Shown here: positions 8,844-18,358 of the stretch, in pieces | Position numbering within the stretch: the first letter of the stretch is position 1 | Layout of the letters: each line of letters opens with the position of its first letter | IMG/VR virus record: IMGVR_UViG_3300033066_002392 | Location: 5,121-69,120 of that record | DNA: 64,000 nt | Direction: 5' to 3' (one strand) | DNA from: a virus | Lineage: Duplodnaviria; Caudoviricetes | Program-made: the position numbers and the translations under genes | Notes under the pieces: model-generated | Seen by the model: only the letters and a program-made list of their open reading frames with translations | What the model was told of the DNA's origin: nothing | The model's database searches: none

Positions 8844-11819
8844 GTGAAGAACCCCCAGCTGCTCGACGCCATCGCCACCCTCCTGATGCGGCAGTATGCC
8901 GGCGGGGGCGGGGGGCCTCTGAGGCCTTCGATGTACGGCAAGGTCGGGGTCAACATCGGGCCCGTGTCGTACTTCGACACCCACCTGGTGACCCCCGACC
9001 AGATGTGGGCCGGCTACCCCTACGAATTCAGGCGACGGCAGACCACGCTGACCGCAGACCACGTTTCCGGCCAGGGGTGGGTCGTCGCGGATTCGACGTT
9101 CAGTGAGGCGCCCTCGCCCCGGCGCACGGGCACCGTCCGCACCGTGGCCGTGCGCGTGCGGGACGCGGCGACCTCCACCACGCTGACGGGCACGGTGTTC
9201 TCCGTCGTGGGGTCGAATGTCTGGTTCCCCTCCGGGTCGATCACCAACGACCGGGCGGTCGCCTCGGGGACGCTGGTGGACAGCACCGACGCCAACGTCT
9301 TCACCAACAACACCAGTTTCCTTGCCATCGGCGCGACGTTCGTGGACGGGCTCGGCCGCGACACCGGATACCCGTCCATCCCGACGGGGCAGGTCTTCTC
9401 CGGGCCCAACGCGCAGCTGCGCCGCCTGCCGGCCGGGGTCTACACGCCGCTGGCCCGGGGGACCGGCGACGTTCAGTTCGCCTTCACCTACGTTGACGGC
9501 ACGACTTCCAGCAACTTCACCGTCACCGTCACCAACGGCGTGTGCTCCCCGACGACGGTCACGGCGGCGCAGGGCATCACGACGATCACCGTGCGGCACC
9601 GGCCGGGGGACGCCACCGCCCCGCTGTACGACTTCATGCTGATCTGCCCCGACCGCGCCGGCCGGGCCGACAACTTCGTCGCCAGCTACGCGGCGAACAT
9701 TGCCGACCCGTACTATTTTCTCCCCCACCCCGACTACGTCGCCTCCCTCAGCACGTTCCGCGTGCTGCGATTCATGGACTGGCAGCCGACCAACTCCAGC
9801 ACCGTCCGGGAGTGGGCCGACCGCACCCTGCCGGGGCGCCGGCCCGGGAAGAACGGGGCCAGTTACGAGGACGCGGTCAAAGTCGCGAACGCGGTCGGGG
9901 CCGACCCGTGGTTCTGCATCCCGCACGAAGCCTCCGACGACTTCGTGACGCAATTCGCGACGATGCTGAAGGCCAACCTGGGGTCCTCCAGGAAGGTGTA
10001 CTTCGAGTACACCAACGAGACGTGGAACAGCATCTTCAACCAGTACGCCTACTGCGTCGCGCAGGGATCAAACACCTACAGCCCCTACGCGCTGTCGTCG
10101 TTGACCTACTCCAGCGGCAGCGGCAAGTGTACGGCCACCCTGGCGAACACGACCTGCGCGACGTTGGGTTTTTCCAACGGCGACACGGTCGTAATTTGCA
10201 ACGCGACGGACGCCAATTACAACGGCGAGTACACGATTTCCGGCGTGTCCGGTTCGTCGTTCGACTACACGCCCGGCTCCCCGCCGGCCCTGGCGGCCGC
10301 GACCGCGCAGCCGGTGACGGCACTCATGGCGTTCGAGACGAGCGACACCACGGCCAAGACGATCTCCGGCATCGTCTGGACGCTCACCAGCACGTCCGCC
10401 GACGCGGTCGTCACCACCTCGGCCAGCCACGGCTACGCGGCCGGCGACATGTTCCTGATCTCGGGGTGTTCGGACGCGGGGTTCAACGGGCTCCACTCGG
10501 CGGTGTCCGTCACCACTTCCACAATCACCTTCCGGTTCAGCGGGACGGGCGGGACGCGGCTGCTCCCGGCGATCTCCGCGGCCTCGACGACCGTCAACGC
10601 TTCCGCCGCGGCCGGGCAGACGATGCGCGTCCTCAGGGTCGCGGCGAACGCGGCCACCGGCAACGTCAAAAACGCCTTCGAGATGAACCGCCGCTGGTAC
10701 GGCCGGCGGCTGGGCCAGATCCAGCTACTCTTCCAGTCCGTATTCTCCGGGCAACTGTCCCGGCTCGCCCCCGTCGTGGCCTGGCAGGCGGCGGGCAACA
10801 GCACCGGCAACGACGCCTTCACGATGGGCGAATACCTTGCGGCGGTGGGCGGCTCGCTGCCCGCCGGCCCCGACTTCTGCTGGGCGATCGCGCCCTACTT
10901 CGGCGGCGTGGCCATGTCGGATACCGCCATCGTCGGGCCCCGCAAGACCCCCACGGCGTTCGGCTACTCGGCGGGGACCGTAACCGTCACACTGAGCGCC
11001 CACGGCTACACGACCGGCGACACGGTCCAGATCGCCAACGTCGGGCCCGTGGGCGCCGGCGGGGACGCCTACAACGGTCTGTGGACGATCACGGTTTCCG
11101 ACGCGAACACCTTCACCTACACGCCCGTCGGCACCCCCACGACGACGAGCGGGCTGTCCGCGACTTACACTTCGCCCGGCATGATGGCGATCAAGTCATC
11201 GCCCTACATGCGTGAACTGGTGACGGTGTCCAAGGTCGGCACGACGGTGACTTGCACCAGCTACAATCACGGACTGACGACGGGGGAAATCGTCCGACTG
11301 TGCAACTTCGCGCAGGACGATTACAAGGTGACGGCGACCGTGACCGTTACCGACGCGCACACGTTCACCTTCCAGACCGCGTCAACGCTCACCCCGTCCG
11401 CCAACTCTTCGGCGGGCCGGATGTGGGTGCTGAAGCCCGGCGCGGTCGATCAGATTTTCACTGATACTGAGCCTTACATCACGACCACGATCCCCGGCTG
11501 GCTGGCGTACCACCGGACGTGGGCGGCGAACTACGGCGCCCGGGTGGTGTGTTACGAGGGCGGGCCCCACAGTCTGCCCGCGACCGCGGTGCAAAATATT
11601 GTCCCCCTCAGCGAGGCTTACATCCAGTCCAACCACGACGCCCGGATGGGCGCGGTACTGGACCGCTGGTTCGACCTGCTGGACAGCTACGGGGTCAGCC
11701 TGTGCTGTTACTTCAACCACTGCATGGAAGCCTCGAAAACCGGGACGTGGGGCCTGCTCGACTACCAGTACCAGGACCGGTCGATCACCCCGAAGTTCAC
11801 CAGCGCGGCCCGCAGGTAG
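8844..11819 (+). CDS. 991-aa putative clan GH-A glycoside hydrolase-like protein with four inserted beta-repeat modules
   Basis: RFMDW, ADPWFCIPH, EYTNETWN and VCYEGGPH motifs; four repeats of the type HGYTTGDTVQI..YNG.W.ITV...TFTY. Confidence 0.6.
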   Translation: MKNPQLLDAIATLLMRQYAGGGGGPLRPSMYGKVGVNIGPVSYFDTHLVTPDQMWAGYPYEFRRRQTTLTADHVSGQGWVVADSTFSEAPSPRRTGTVRTVAVRVRDAATSTTLTGTVFSVVGSNVWFPSGSITNDRAVASGTLVDSTDANVFTNNTSFLAIGATFVDGLGRDTGYPSIPTGQVFSGPNAQLRRLPAGVYTPLARGTGDVQFAFTYVDGTTSSNFTVTVTNGVCSPTTVTAAQGITTITVRHRPGDATAPLYDFMLICPDRAGRADNFVASYAANIADPYYFLPHPDYVASLSTFRVLRFMDWQPTNSSTVREWADRTLPGRRPGKNGASYEDAVKVANAVGADPWFCIPHEASDDFVTQFATMLKANLGSSRKVYFEYTNETWNSIFNQYAYCVAQGSNTYSPYALSSLTYSSGSGKCTATLANTTCATLGFSNGDTVVICNATDANYNGEYTISGVSGSSFDYTPGSPPALAAATAQPVTALMAFETSDTTAKTISGIVWTLTSTSADAVVTTSASHGYAAGDMFLISGCSDAGFNGLHSAVSVTTSTITFRFSGTGGTRLLPAISAASTTVNASAAAGQTMRVLRVAANAATGNVKNAFEMNRRWYGRRLGQIQLLFQSVFSGQLSRLAPVVAWQAAGNSTGNDAFTMGEYLAAVGGSLPAGPDFCWAIAPYFGGVAMSDTAIVGPRKTPTAFGYSAGTVTVTLSAHGYTTGDTVQIANVGPVGAGGDAYNGLWTITVSDANTFTYTPVGTPTTTSGLSATYTSPGMMAIKSSPYMRELVTVSKVGTTVTCTSYNHGLTTGEIVRLCNFAQDDYKVTATVTVTDAHTFTFQTASTLTPSANSSAGRMWVLKPGAVDQIFTDTEPYITTTIPGWLAYHRTWAANYGARVVCYEGGPHSLPATAVQNIVPLSEAYIQSNHDARMGAVLDRWFDLLDSYGVSLCCYFNHCMEASKTGTWGLLDYQYQDRSITPKFTSAARR

Positions 11820-11861
11820 CCGCCGCCCCCACCCACCCACCCCTCCCCGGCGTAAAGAGTA

Positions 11862-12290
11862 ATGGCCTCCACGATCTATAACTCCTTCAAGAGAGACATT
11901 GCCAACGGCAGCATCGACCTCGACACGGACACCATCAAGGTGATGCTGACGTCGGGCTCCTACGCCGCCAACGCGGACACCCACACCAAGAGGTCGGACG
12001 TCACCAACGAGGTGACGGGCACCAACTGGTCGGCCGGCGGGGTGGCGCTCGCCAACAAGACGGTGACCGCGGACAACACCAACGACCGCGGCGTCTTCGA
12101 CGCCGACGACGTCTCCGTCTCCACCGCCACCTTCACCGGCGCCACCCAGGCCGTCCTCTACAAGAGCCGCGGCGGGGCCTCCAGCGCCGACGAGCTCATC
12201 GCCTGCATCGACCTCGGCGGCACCTTCTCGCCGACGGCGGGCACCTTCACGATAACGTGGTCGTCGAACGGCATCCTCACCCTCAGCTAG
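11862..12290 (+). CDS. Conserved phage virion structural protein
   Basis: IDLDTDTIKVML..EVTGTNWSAGG pattern recalled from phage minor structural proteins. Confidence 0.6.
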   Translation: MASTIYNSFKRDIANGSIDLDTDTIKVMLTSGSYAANADTHTKRSDVTNEVTGTNWSAGGVALANKTVTADNTNDRGVFDADDVSVSTATFTGATQAVLYKSRGGASSADELIACIDLGGTFSPTAGTFTITWSSNGILTLS

Positions 12291-12297
12291 GCGGACA

Positions 12298-12840
12298 GTG
12301 CCCATGCCCCTTACCGCGGCCGCACTGGCCGACGAACTCGCCGGCGACCCCGAGTCGCTGGGCTACGCCGCGCTCGTGGCCGCCGGCAACGACGCCGGGG
12401 TTGCGGCGCTGCTCAACGCCCCGCGCACGCCGGGCCTGCGGGCGGAGTCCTGGATCACCGAGGTGATCCTCTACCGCCTGCTCGGCCCGGCCGCGGCGGA
12501 GGCCTTCCTCCAGACCCTGGACGGCTCCGCCGGCCACCAGGCCGTTCCGGCCGGCGTCCGGGCCATCATCGCCCGCGTGCGCGGGTGGATCGCCCAGGCG
12601 GCCGGGGTCGGCAACGGCGTCGACGCGGGGAACGCCTACACGCAGGAGACGCTCAAGGCCTTGCCCGGGGTCTTCTCCCAGGCGGGGTACCTGGTCGGGC
12701 AGGACCTGGCCGACTTCTCCGCCGCCGTCGACGCGGTCTGCGCCTACGGCGTCAGGCCGTGGTCGCGGGCGGAGGTCGTCGGCGGCGAAGGCGCCGTGGT
12801 CGGCCACGGGGACGTGGCGCGCGCTCTGGGGAGGGGGTAA
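12298..12840 (+). CDS. Hypothetical protein, probably virion-associated
   Basis: ORF tiles between neighbouring genes, with phage-like codon use. Confidence 0.6.
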   Translation: MPMPLTAAALADELAGDPESLGYAALVAAGNDAGVAALLNAPRTPGLRAESWITEVILYRLLGPAAAEAFLQTLDGSAGHQAVPAGVRAIIARVRGWIAQAAGVGNGVDAGNAYTQETLKALPGVFSQAGYLVGQDLADFSAAVDAVCAYGVRPWSRAEVVGGEGAVVGHGDVARALGRG

Positions 12841-12843
12841 GGC

Positions 12844-13377
12844 GTGGCACTTCCCGACTACCAGAAGGTGGAACTGGGCACCCCGATCGTCTGGGGCGAG
12901 TCCGGCGGCTCCGGCGTGACGAACACGCTCAGCCTCGACGCGCTGGCCAGCACCTCCGGGCGCATGGGCGCCTCCGTGGACCTGGGGGCCACCTTCGAGG
13001 ACGAGTACATCCTGGAGGTGCGCGTCGAGACGGGCACCGCGCCCACGGCTGGCACGACCGTCGAAGTGTATTTGGCGTGGTCAACGGATGGCGCCAACTG
13101 GCCGGGCAAGGTGACGGGCAGTGACGCCGCCTACCCGACGACGGTGGCGAACAACAAGCTCCAACTCGGGCCGCCCGCCATCGTTCTGAACGCCACGAAC
13201 GACGGCAACACGACGCTGTCACAGAACGGCGTGACCATCCGCCCGGCCGGGCGGTACGTCGCCCCGGTGGTGGTCAACCTCCTGGGGCAGGCGTTCCGCG
13301 ACGAGGCGACCGCGAGCAACAACGACTCCCGGGTCGTGCTGACGCCGCGCCGGCTCCTGGTTGCTGACACCGCGTGA
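12844..13377 (+). CDS. Hypothetical beta-rich virion protein
   Basis: ORF tiling; Thr/Gly/Val-rich beta-sandwich-like composition. Confidence 0.6.
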   Translation: MALPDYQKVELGTPIVWGESGGSGVTNTLSLDALASTSGRMGASVDLGATFEDEYILEVRVETGTAPTAGTTVEVYLAWSTDGANWPGKVTGSDAAYPTTVANNKLQLGPPAIVLNATNDGNTTLSQNGVTIRPAGRYVAPVVVNLLGQAFRDEATASNNDSRVVLTPRRLLVADTA

Positions 13378-13391
13378 CCGGAGGCTGGTAG

Positions 13392-14834
13392 GTGCCGATC
13401 GACCTCCTGAACCCGGTGGCCCCGCACCCGCTCAACGTCGGGCTGGTCGGCTGGTGGCTGCCGCTGGCCAACGGCTACGGCGGCTCGTACCTCTACGACC
13501 TGCTCGGCCTGAATCACGGGACGCTGACGAACGGCCCCACCTGGGCCACGGGCCCTTACGGCTTCGGCGGACTGGTCCTGGACGGGACCAACGACTACGC
13601 CCCGCTCCCGTCATCTTTCCCGGCGATCACCGGGAACCTTACCTGCGCGTGTTGGTTCAAAACCTCCGCCAACACCCGACACATTTTCGGCGGCTACGAC
13701 CTCTCTTCGCCGTTCAGCGGGTGGGGATTCGGAATCGGCCTCGGCACCCTGTCGAACAAATTGACATTCTGGAGCAGGTCCTCCGGCACGCCAGGGTGGG
13801 TGGCCAGTGTCGCGTCGGTAAACACCGGGGCGTGGGTGCACGGGGCCGTTTCCCTGTCGGGAACCTCGGCCAGTTTCTACGTCAATGGCGTTTTGGATGT
13901 GGTCCGCACCGTGCAGGTGCCCGCAAGCTACTCCGGCACGAAGTCCCTTTTCGCCAGCACCACCGGAACCAATTCGTTTTCCGGAAGTGCAACGGACATC
14001 AGGATATACAGCCGGGCGGTCACCGACGGAGAGGCGTGGCAACTCTACGACCAGGGCGTACGAGGCAACCCGGACCTCCTGCGGCAGTACCGGCGGCGGG
14101 CCGTCCTGCTGCGGGACTCGGGGGGCGGGGCTCCTGTCACGGCCACGCCCGCCGCCGTAACCGCCGCCTGGGCCCCGCAGGCGACTTCCTGCTCCGCCGG
14201 CTCGGCCTCTCCCCCGGCGTCTACGAACGCGCTGTGGGCCGCCCAGGCCGCCTCGCCCTCGGCGGGTGCGTCCGCCTCCCCCACTGTGGTGAGCGCCTCC
14301 TGGGCCCTGCAGGGGGCCTCCGCGGCCACGTCCGGCGCCTCGGCTTCGCCCGCCGCCGTTGACGCAGTGTGGGCCGTACAGGCGCCCTCGGTGAGTGCGG
14401 GTGGCAGTAGCAGTGCCTCCCCGGCCTCCTCCTCCTCCCCGGCGTCTTCCAACGCCACGTGGGCGGTGCAAACGCCCTCGGCGAGCGCGGGCAGTAGTAG
14501 CACGGCCGCGCCGGCCGTCCTGCAACTCACCTCCGCGGCCGGCAGCGCCTCGGCGTCCGCCGGCACCCGCGCCGCCCCCGCGGCGGCGAACGCCGCCTGG
14601 GCCGCGCAAGCCGCATCCGCCTCGACTGCCGACCCGACGACCGCCACGCCAGGGAGGGTGAGCCTCGCCTGGGCCGCGGTGGCGCCCGCATCGGTGTCGT
14701 CGCTGGCGATACCCCGCGACGCCGTCACGCGGTTGGCGATACCGAGGAGTGCGGTTACAAGTGTGCGGGTACGGCGGGGCACCTCCCGGCGGATACACGT
14801 CAGGGCGACCCGCACGCGGGTGATCCACCTATGA
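13392..14834 (+). CDS. LamG/concanavalin-like domain followed by about 8 Ala/Ser-rich repeats of about 24 aa
   Basis: GLVGWWLP..HGTLTNGPTW, LTCACWFK, WVHGAV, ASFYVNG, FSGSATDIRIYSRA; repeat A(S/T)PAxxxAxWAxQxxSxSAG. Confidence 0.75.
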   Translation: MPIDLLNPVAPHPLNVGLVGWWLPLANGYGGSYLYDLLGLNHGTLTNGPTWATGPYGFGGLVLDGTNDYAPLPSSFPAITGNLTCACWFKTSANTRHIFGGYDLSSPFSGWGFGIGLGTLSNKLTFWSRSSGTPGWVASVASVNTGAWVHGAVSLSGTSASFYVNGVLDVVRTVQVPASYSGTKSLFASTTGTNSFSGSATDIRIYSRAVTDGEAWQLYDQGVRGNPDLLRQYRRRAVLLRDSGGGAPVTATPAAVTAAWAPQATSCSAGSASPPASTNALWAAQAASPSAGASASPTVVSASWALQGASAATSGASASPAAVDAVWAVQAPSVSAGGSSSASPASSSSPASSNATWAVQTPSASAGSSSTAAPAVLQLTSAAGSASASAGTRAAPAAANAAWAAQAASASTADPTTATPGRVSLAWAAVAPASVSSLAIPRDAVTRLAIPRSAVTSVRVRRGTSRRIHVRATRTRVIHL

Positions 14835-15154
14835 GCGCCTTCGCCGCACTCTCCTACCACCGGGCCTCCGACCAGCTCGTCGCCTTCGACTTCGAGGACG
14901 ACGTCACCGGCTGGACGTTCAAGTTCTACCTGCTGGCGTCCCCGGACTCGGCCACCACCCTCCTCGAGTTGACTTCCGGCGCCGGGGTCACCGTGACGGA
15001 CGCGGCCGGCGGCCTGGTGGAGGTCTACCTCAGCTCCGCCAACCTCGACCGCGCCCCCGACCGCTACTACTGGGCCCTCGCCCGCACCGACAGCGGGGCG
15101 AAGGACGTCAAGGCCGAGGGCACCCTCACCGTCCTGCCACCCAAGGTGTTCTAA
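14831..15154 (+). CDS. Small Ig-like/BppU-N-like structural protein
   Basis: VTVTDAAGGLVEVYL...YYWAL...AEGTLTV pattern. Confidence 0.45.
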   Translation: MSAFAALSYHRASDQLVAFDFEDDVTGWTFKFYLLASPDSATTLLELTSGAGVTVTDAAGGLVEVYLSSANLDRAPDRYYWALARTDSGAKDVKAEGTLTVLPPKVF

Positions 15155-15157
15155 GGC

Positions 15158-15826
15158 GTGTTCCTCGTCGACCTCACCGCCTTGAAGCTCATCCTCGGCT
15201 ACGCCCCCACGTCCACGACGTACGACGCCGAGCTGCAGATGTACGGCGAGGCCGCCGAGGCCGCCGTCGAAAAGTACTGCAACCGCCGCTTCGAGTCGCG
15301 GGACTACGTCGAATACTACTCCGGCAACAACACCCAGCGCATCGCCCTGCGGCAGACGCCCGTCACCGCGGTGACGGCGGTGCACCTGGACTCCTACGGC
15401 TACTACGGCGCCAACCCCGACTCCCCCTTCGGCGCCACCACCCTCCTCTCCCCCGGCGTGGACTACGTCCTGGACGAGGACGCCGGGGGCGTGTCGAAGT
15501 CCGGCGTCCTGATTCGCATCGGCACCGTGTGGCCCGTGCTCAACCGCGTGCTGCCCAACAGCCGCCTCGCCCCCGAGATCGGCCCCGCGGTTGGCAACGT
15601 CAAGGTGGAGTACACCGCCGGCTACGCCGAGGCCCCGGCCGACCTGAAGATGGCCACCGCCATGGTCGCCGTCAACATGCGCCAGATCGCCCGCCGGGGA
15701 GGGGACAAGGTGAGGCAGGAGAAGATCGGCGACTACGCCTACACCCTCTTCGACCGCCTCGTCGGCGCCCCCGAGCTGGGCTCCGTCCGCGCCACCCTCT
15801 CCTCCTACAAGGAGTACGGCTGGTGA
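15158..15826 (+). CDS. Head-tail connector protein (gp6/gp15-like)
   Basis: LKLILG..YDAEL..AAEAAVEKYCNRRF, VKVEYTAGY..PADLKMA. Confidence 0.8.
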   Translation: MFLVDLTALKLILGYAPTSTTYDAELQMYGEAAEAAVEKYCNRRFESRDYVEYYSGNNTQRIALRQTPVTAVTAVHLDSYGYYGANPDSPFGATTLLSPGVDYVLDEDAGGVSKSGVLIRIGTVWPVLNRVLPNSRLAPEIGPAVGNVKVEYTAGYAEAPADLKMATAMVAVNMRQIARRGGDKVRQEKIGDYAYTLFDRLVGAPELGSVRATLSSYKEYGW

Positions 15827-16167
15827 GCGACGCCGGGCACCTGATGAACACCACGGTCACCGTGCAGCGCAGGAGCAGCACCAAGGACGGCAGCGGCGGG
15901 CAGGCCGCCGGCGGGGCCTACGTCGCCGTCCCCGGCCTGGCGGGCCTGCCGGCCCTGATACAGCCGACCACGGGCAAGGCCATGCGGGCCACCGCCCAGC
16001 GCCAGGTCTTCCTCAGCCACCACATCTACCTCTCCGAGCGGTACGCCATCTCCCGCGGCGACCGCGTGATGCACGACGACTCCGGCCGCTACTTCACCGT
16101 GCACGGCTTCGAGGACATGGCGGGCCAGGGGCGCGTCTGGCGCCTCGAGTGCGTCGAGGAAACTTAA
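15823..16167 (+). CDS. Head closure/head-tail adaptor protein
   Basis: NTTVTVQRRSSTKDGSGG..ISRGDRV..YFTV; position after the connector. Confidence 0.75.
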   Translation: MSDAGHLMNTTVTVQRRSSTKDGSGGQAAGGAYVAVPGLAGLPALIQPTTGKAMRATAQRQVFLSHHIYLSERYAISRGDRVMHDDSGRYFTVHGFEDMAGQGRVWRLECVEET

Positions 16168-16859
16168 TGCCCGCGCCCGCGAAGCCGACGCTCACCCTCA
16201 CCCCCACCTCCTCGACGTCCTTCGACGCCCTGGTCGCCGGCACGCCCGGCCTCGACACCGCGGTGACGTATTACGCCGTGGGATTCCCCGGCGTTGACTA
16301 CACCGCCGGGGTGGTGTCTGGTACGGGGACGCTGTCCGTCACGGGGCTCTCCGAGGGCGCCAGCTACTTCGTTTACGCGGTCACCCAGGACGTCGGCGGC
16401 TACTCCCCCCCGGCGTTCGCGACGGTGAGCCTGGCCCAGGACAACCACGTCTCGACGGCCTTCCACAACCACTTCAACAACGACGCCCCCCTCGTCGCCG
16501 CCCTCACCGGCGGGCTGTGGACGGGCGAGGTCCCCGAGGGCACGGAGATGCCCTACGCCTGGCTGGACGTCTCGTCGGTGGACACCTCCCCCTGCACCTT
16601 CGAGGGCGAGTTCGACCGGGCCTTAGTTACCGTCCACGTCTTCGGCCTGGGCGCCTCGGTCGTGGAGCGCATCGCCACCCTGTGGCGGGCGGCCTTCAAC
16701 TACAAGCAGCTCGCCTTCCCCGACCCCTCGACCGCGGCCTCGATCCAGCTCTTCCAGCGCCGCTACCGGCTCGTCTGCGAGATGGTAAGGCACCGCGACT
16801 CCCGCCTCATCTACCACGCCATCCTCACCTACCACGCCCTCGTCCAACACCCCCGCTGA
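16167..16859 (+). CDS. Tail terminator-like protein with N-terminal FnIII-like extension
   Basis: C-terminal half LTGGLWTGEVPEGTEMPY..VTVHVF; position before the tail tube genes. Confidence 0.55.
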   Translation: MPAPAKPTLTLTPTSSTSFDALVAGTPGLDTAVTYYAVGFPGVDYTAGVVSGTGTLSVTGLSEGASYFVYAVTQDVGGYSPPAFATVSLAQDNHVSTAFHNHFNNDAPLVAALTGGLWTGEVPEGTEMPYAWLDVSSVDTSPCTFEGEFDRALVTVHVFGLGASVVERIATLWRAAFNYKQLAFPDPSTAASIQLFQRRYRLVCEMVRHRDSRLIYHAILTYHALVQHPR

Positions 16860-16865
16860 GAGACA

Positions 16866-17399
16866 ATGTCCACGACCCTTTCCGCCGCCGTCACCGCCAA
16901 GGTGTCCTGGACGTTCGAGAACGTCCTCGCCTGGGGCAACGCCCTCAACTCCTCGGCCTGGAGCTACAGCCGCACCCTCACCAACGGCACGGCCATCAAC
17001 CAGGCCGACAACCTGTACGTCGCCAGCGGCACCATCGCCGCCTCCACGAACCTGGACCTGGACCTCGCCGGCTCGCTCGTCGACATGTACGGGGCGACGA
17101 TCACCTTCGCCCGCGTCAAGACGATCTACTTCAACCTCACCACGGACACCGCCTCCGCCGGCGTCTGGGTGGGCGGCGTCGCCAGCAACGGCCTCATCAA
17201 CTGGATCAGCTCGGCCGGCACCTTCGGCACGGACCAGCCGAGGGTGAAGGTGCGCAACGGCGGCGTCTTCCTGCTCTCCACCCCCGACGCCACCGCCTAC
17301 CCCGTGACGGCCGGCACCGCCGACATTCTGCGCTTCACCAACGCCGACGGCAGCAACGTCGCCACCTACAAGCTCGCCATCGTCGGCGCCAGCGCCTGA
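16866..17399 (+). CDS. Putative tail structural protein
   Basis: Beta-rich ORF in the tail module. Confidence 0.5.
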   Translation: MSTTLSAAVTAKVSWTFENVLAWGNALNSSAWSYSRTLTNGTAINQADNLYVASGTIAASTNLDLDLAGSLVDMYGATITFARVKTIYFNLTTDTASAGVWVGGVASNGLINWISSAGTFGTDQPRVKVRNGGVFLLSTPDATAYPVTAGTADILRFTNADGSNVATYKLAIVGASA

Positions 17400-17454
17400 T
17401 TCCCCTCCCCGGCGTCTTCACCCCTAAACACCCCGCACAGCAGGCCCCGCCCCG

Positions 17455-17877
17455 ATGCCCGCCATTTCCGGCCACCACGCCCGAGTCGCCATCAACGCCA
17501 CCAACTGGCGCGCCAGCCGCTGGTCGGTGGACTGGAAGGTCGACGACTTCGACACCACCACCTTCGAGAACTTCAACGTCGGCGTCTACACGCCCGGCAT
17601 CTACGACTACACGATCTCCCTCGACGCGTTCTGGGACACCATCCAGAACCCGTTCTCGGCGCCGCTGTCGATGGGGCCGGGGCAGTCCGTGTCGATCACC
17701 ATCCAGTACGACAAGGACCTCCTCCTCACCCCCGCCAGCTGGACCTTCCCCAACGTCCTCATCGTCGACTGCCGCAACGAGACGTCCGTGCGCGACGTCG
17801 TCCGGCTGAGCCTCACCGGCAAGGCCAGCGGCTACTCCGCCGTCCTGGCCGGAGTGATCCCCCCCGGCAACGTGTGA
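17455..17877 (+). CDS. Tail tube-like protein, paralog 1
   Basis: Aligns by eye with the next ORF (DAFWDTIQNPFSA..PGQSV vs EAYWDTALNPFSA..PGQAV); upstream of chaperone and tape measure. Confidence 0.65.
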   Translation: MPAISGHHARVAINATNWRASRWSVDWKVDDFDTTTFENFNVGVYTPGIYDYTISLDAFWDTIQNPFSAPLSMGPGQSVSITIQYDKDLLLTPASWTFPNVLIVDCRNETSVRDVVRLSLTGKASGYSAVLAGVIPPGNV

Positions 17878-18353
17878 CCATGAACCTGACGGGCAAGAAC
17901 GGCCGGGTCACCGTCTCCCAGAGCGTCCTCACGGCGTTCTCGTGGAAGGTGACCCTCGCCGCGACCGAGGAGGACGTCACGGTGTGCTACGACGCCGGGA
18001 CGTTCAACCCCCTCGGCGCGGTGTCGAAGCGCGGCGGCGTCAGCGGCTACGGCTACCAGCAGTTCGTCACGTCCCTCGTCAAGTGCACGTTCGACGTCGA
18101 GGCCTACTGGGACACCGCGCTGAACCCCTTCTCCGCCGCGATCGGCCTCTTCCCCGGCCAGGCCGTGGGCGTGCAACTCTTCTACGACCGCGACACGCCC
18201 GAGGCGTCGTGGCGTATCGACGCGGGGGTCCTCACCCGGGTGGAGATGTCCACCTCGGTGCGGGGCCCCACGCTGTACTCCTTCTCCGGCACCGTCGGGC
18301 CCGCAGTCTCGGGCACCTGGTCGCCCTACAACCCCAACTACACAGGCTACTGA
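17874..18353 (+). CDS. Tail tube-like protein, paralog 2
   Basis: Shares a motif pattern with 17455-17877. Confidence 0.65.
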   Translation: MTMNLTGKNGRVTVSQSVLTAFSWKVTLAATEEDVTVCYDAGTFNPLGAVSKRGGVSGYGYQQFVTSLVKCTFDVEAYWDTALNPFSAAIGLFPGQAVGVQLFYDRDTPEASWRIDAGVLTRVEMSTSVRGPTLYSFSGTVGPAVSGTWSPYNPNYTGY

Positions 18354-18358
18354 CGCAC

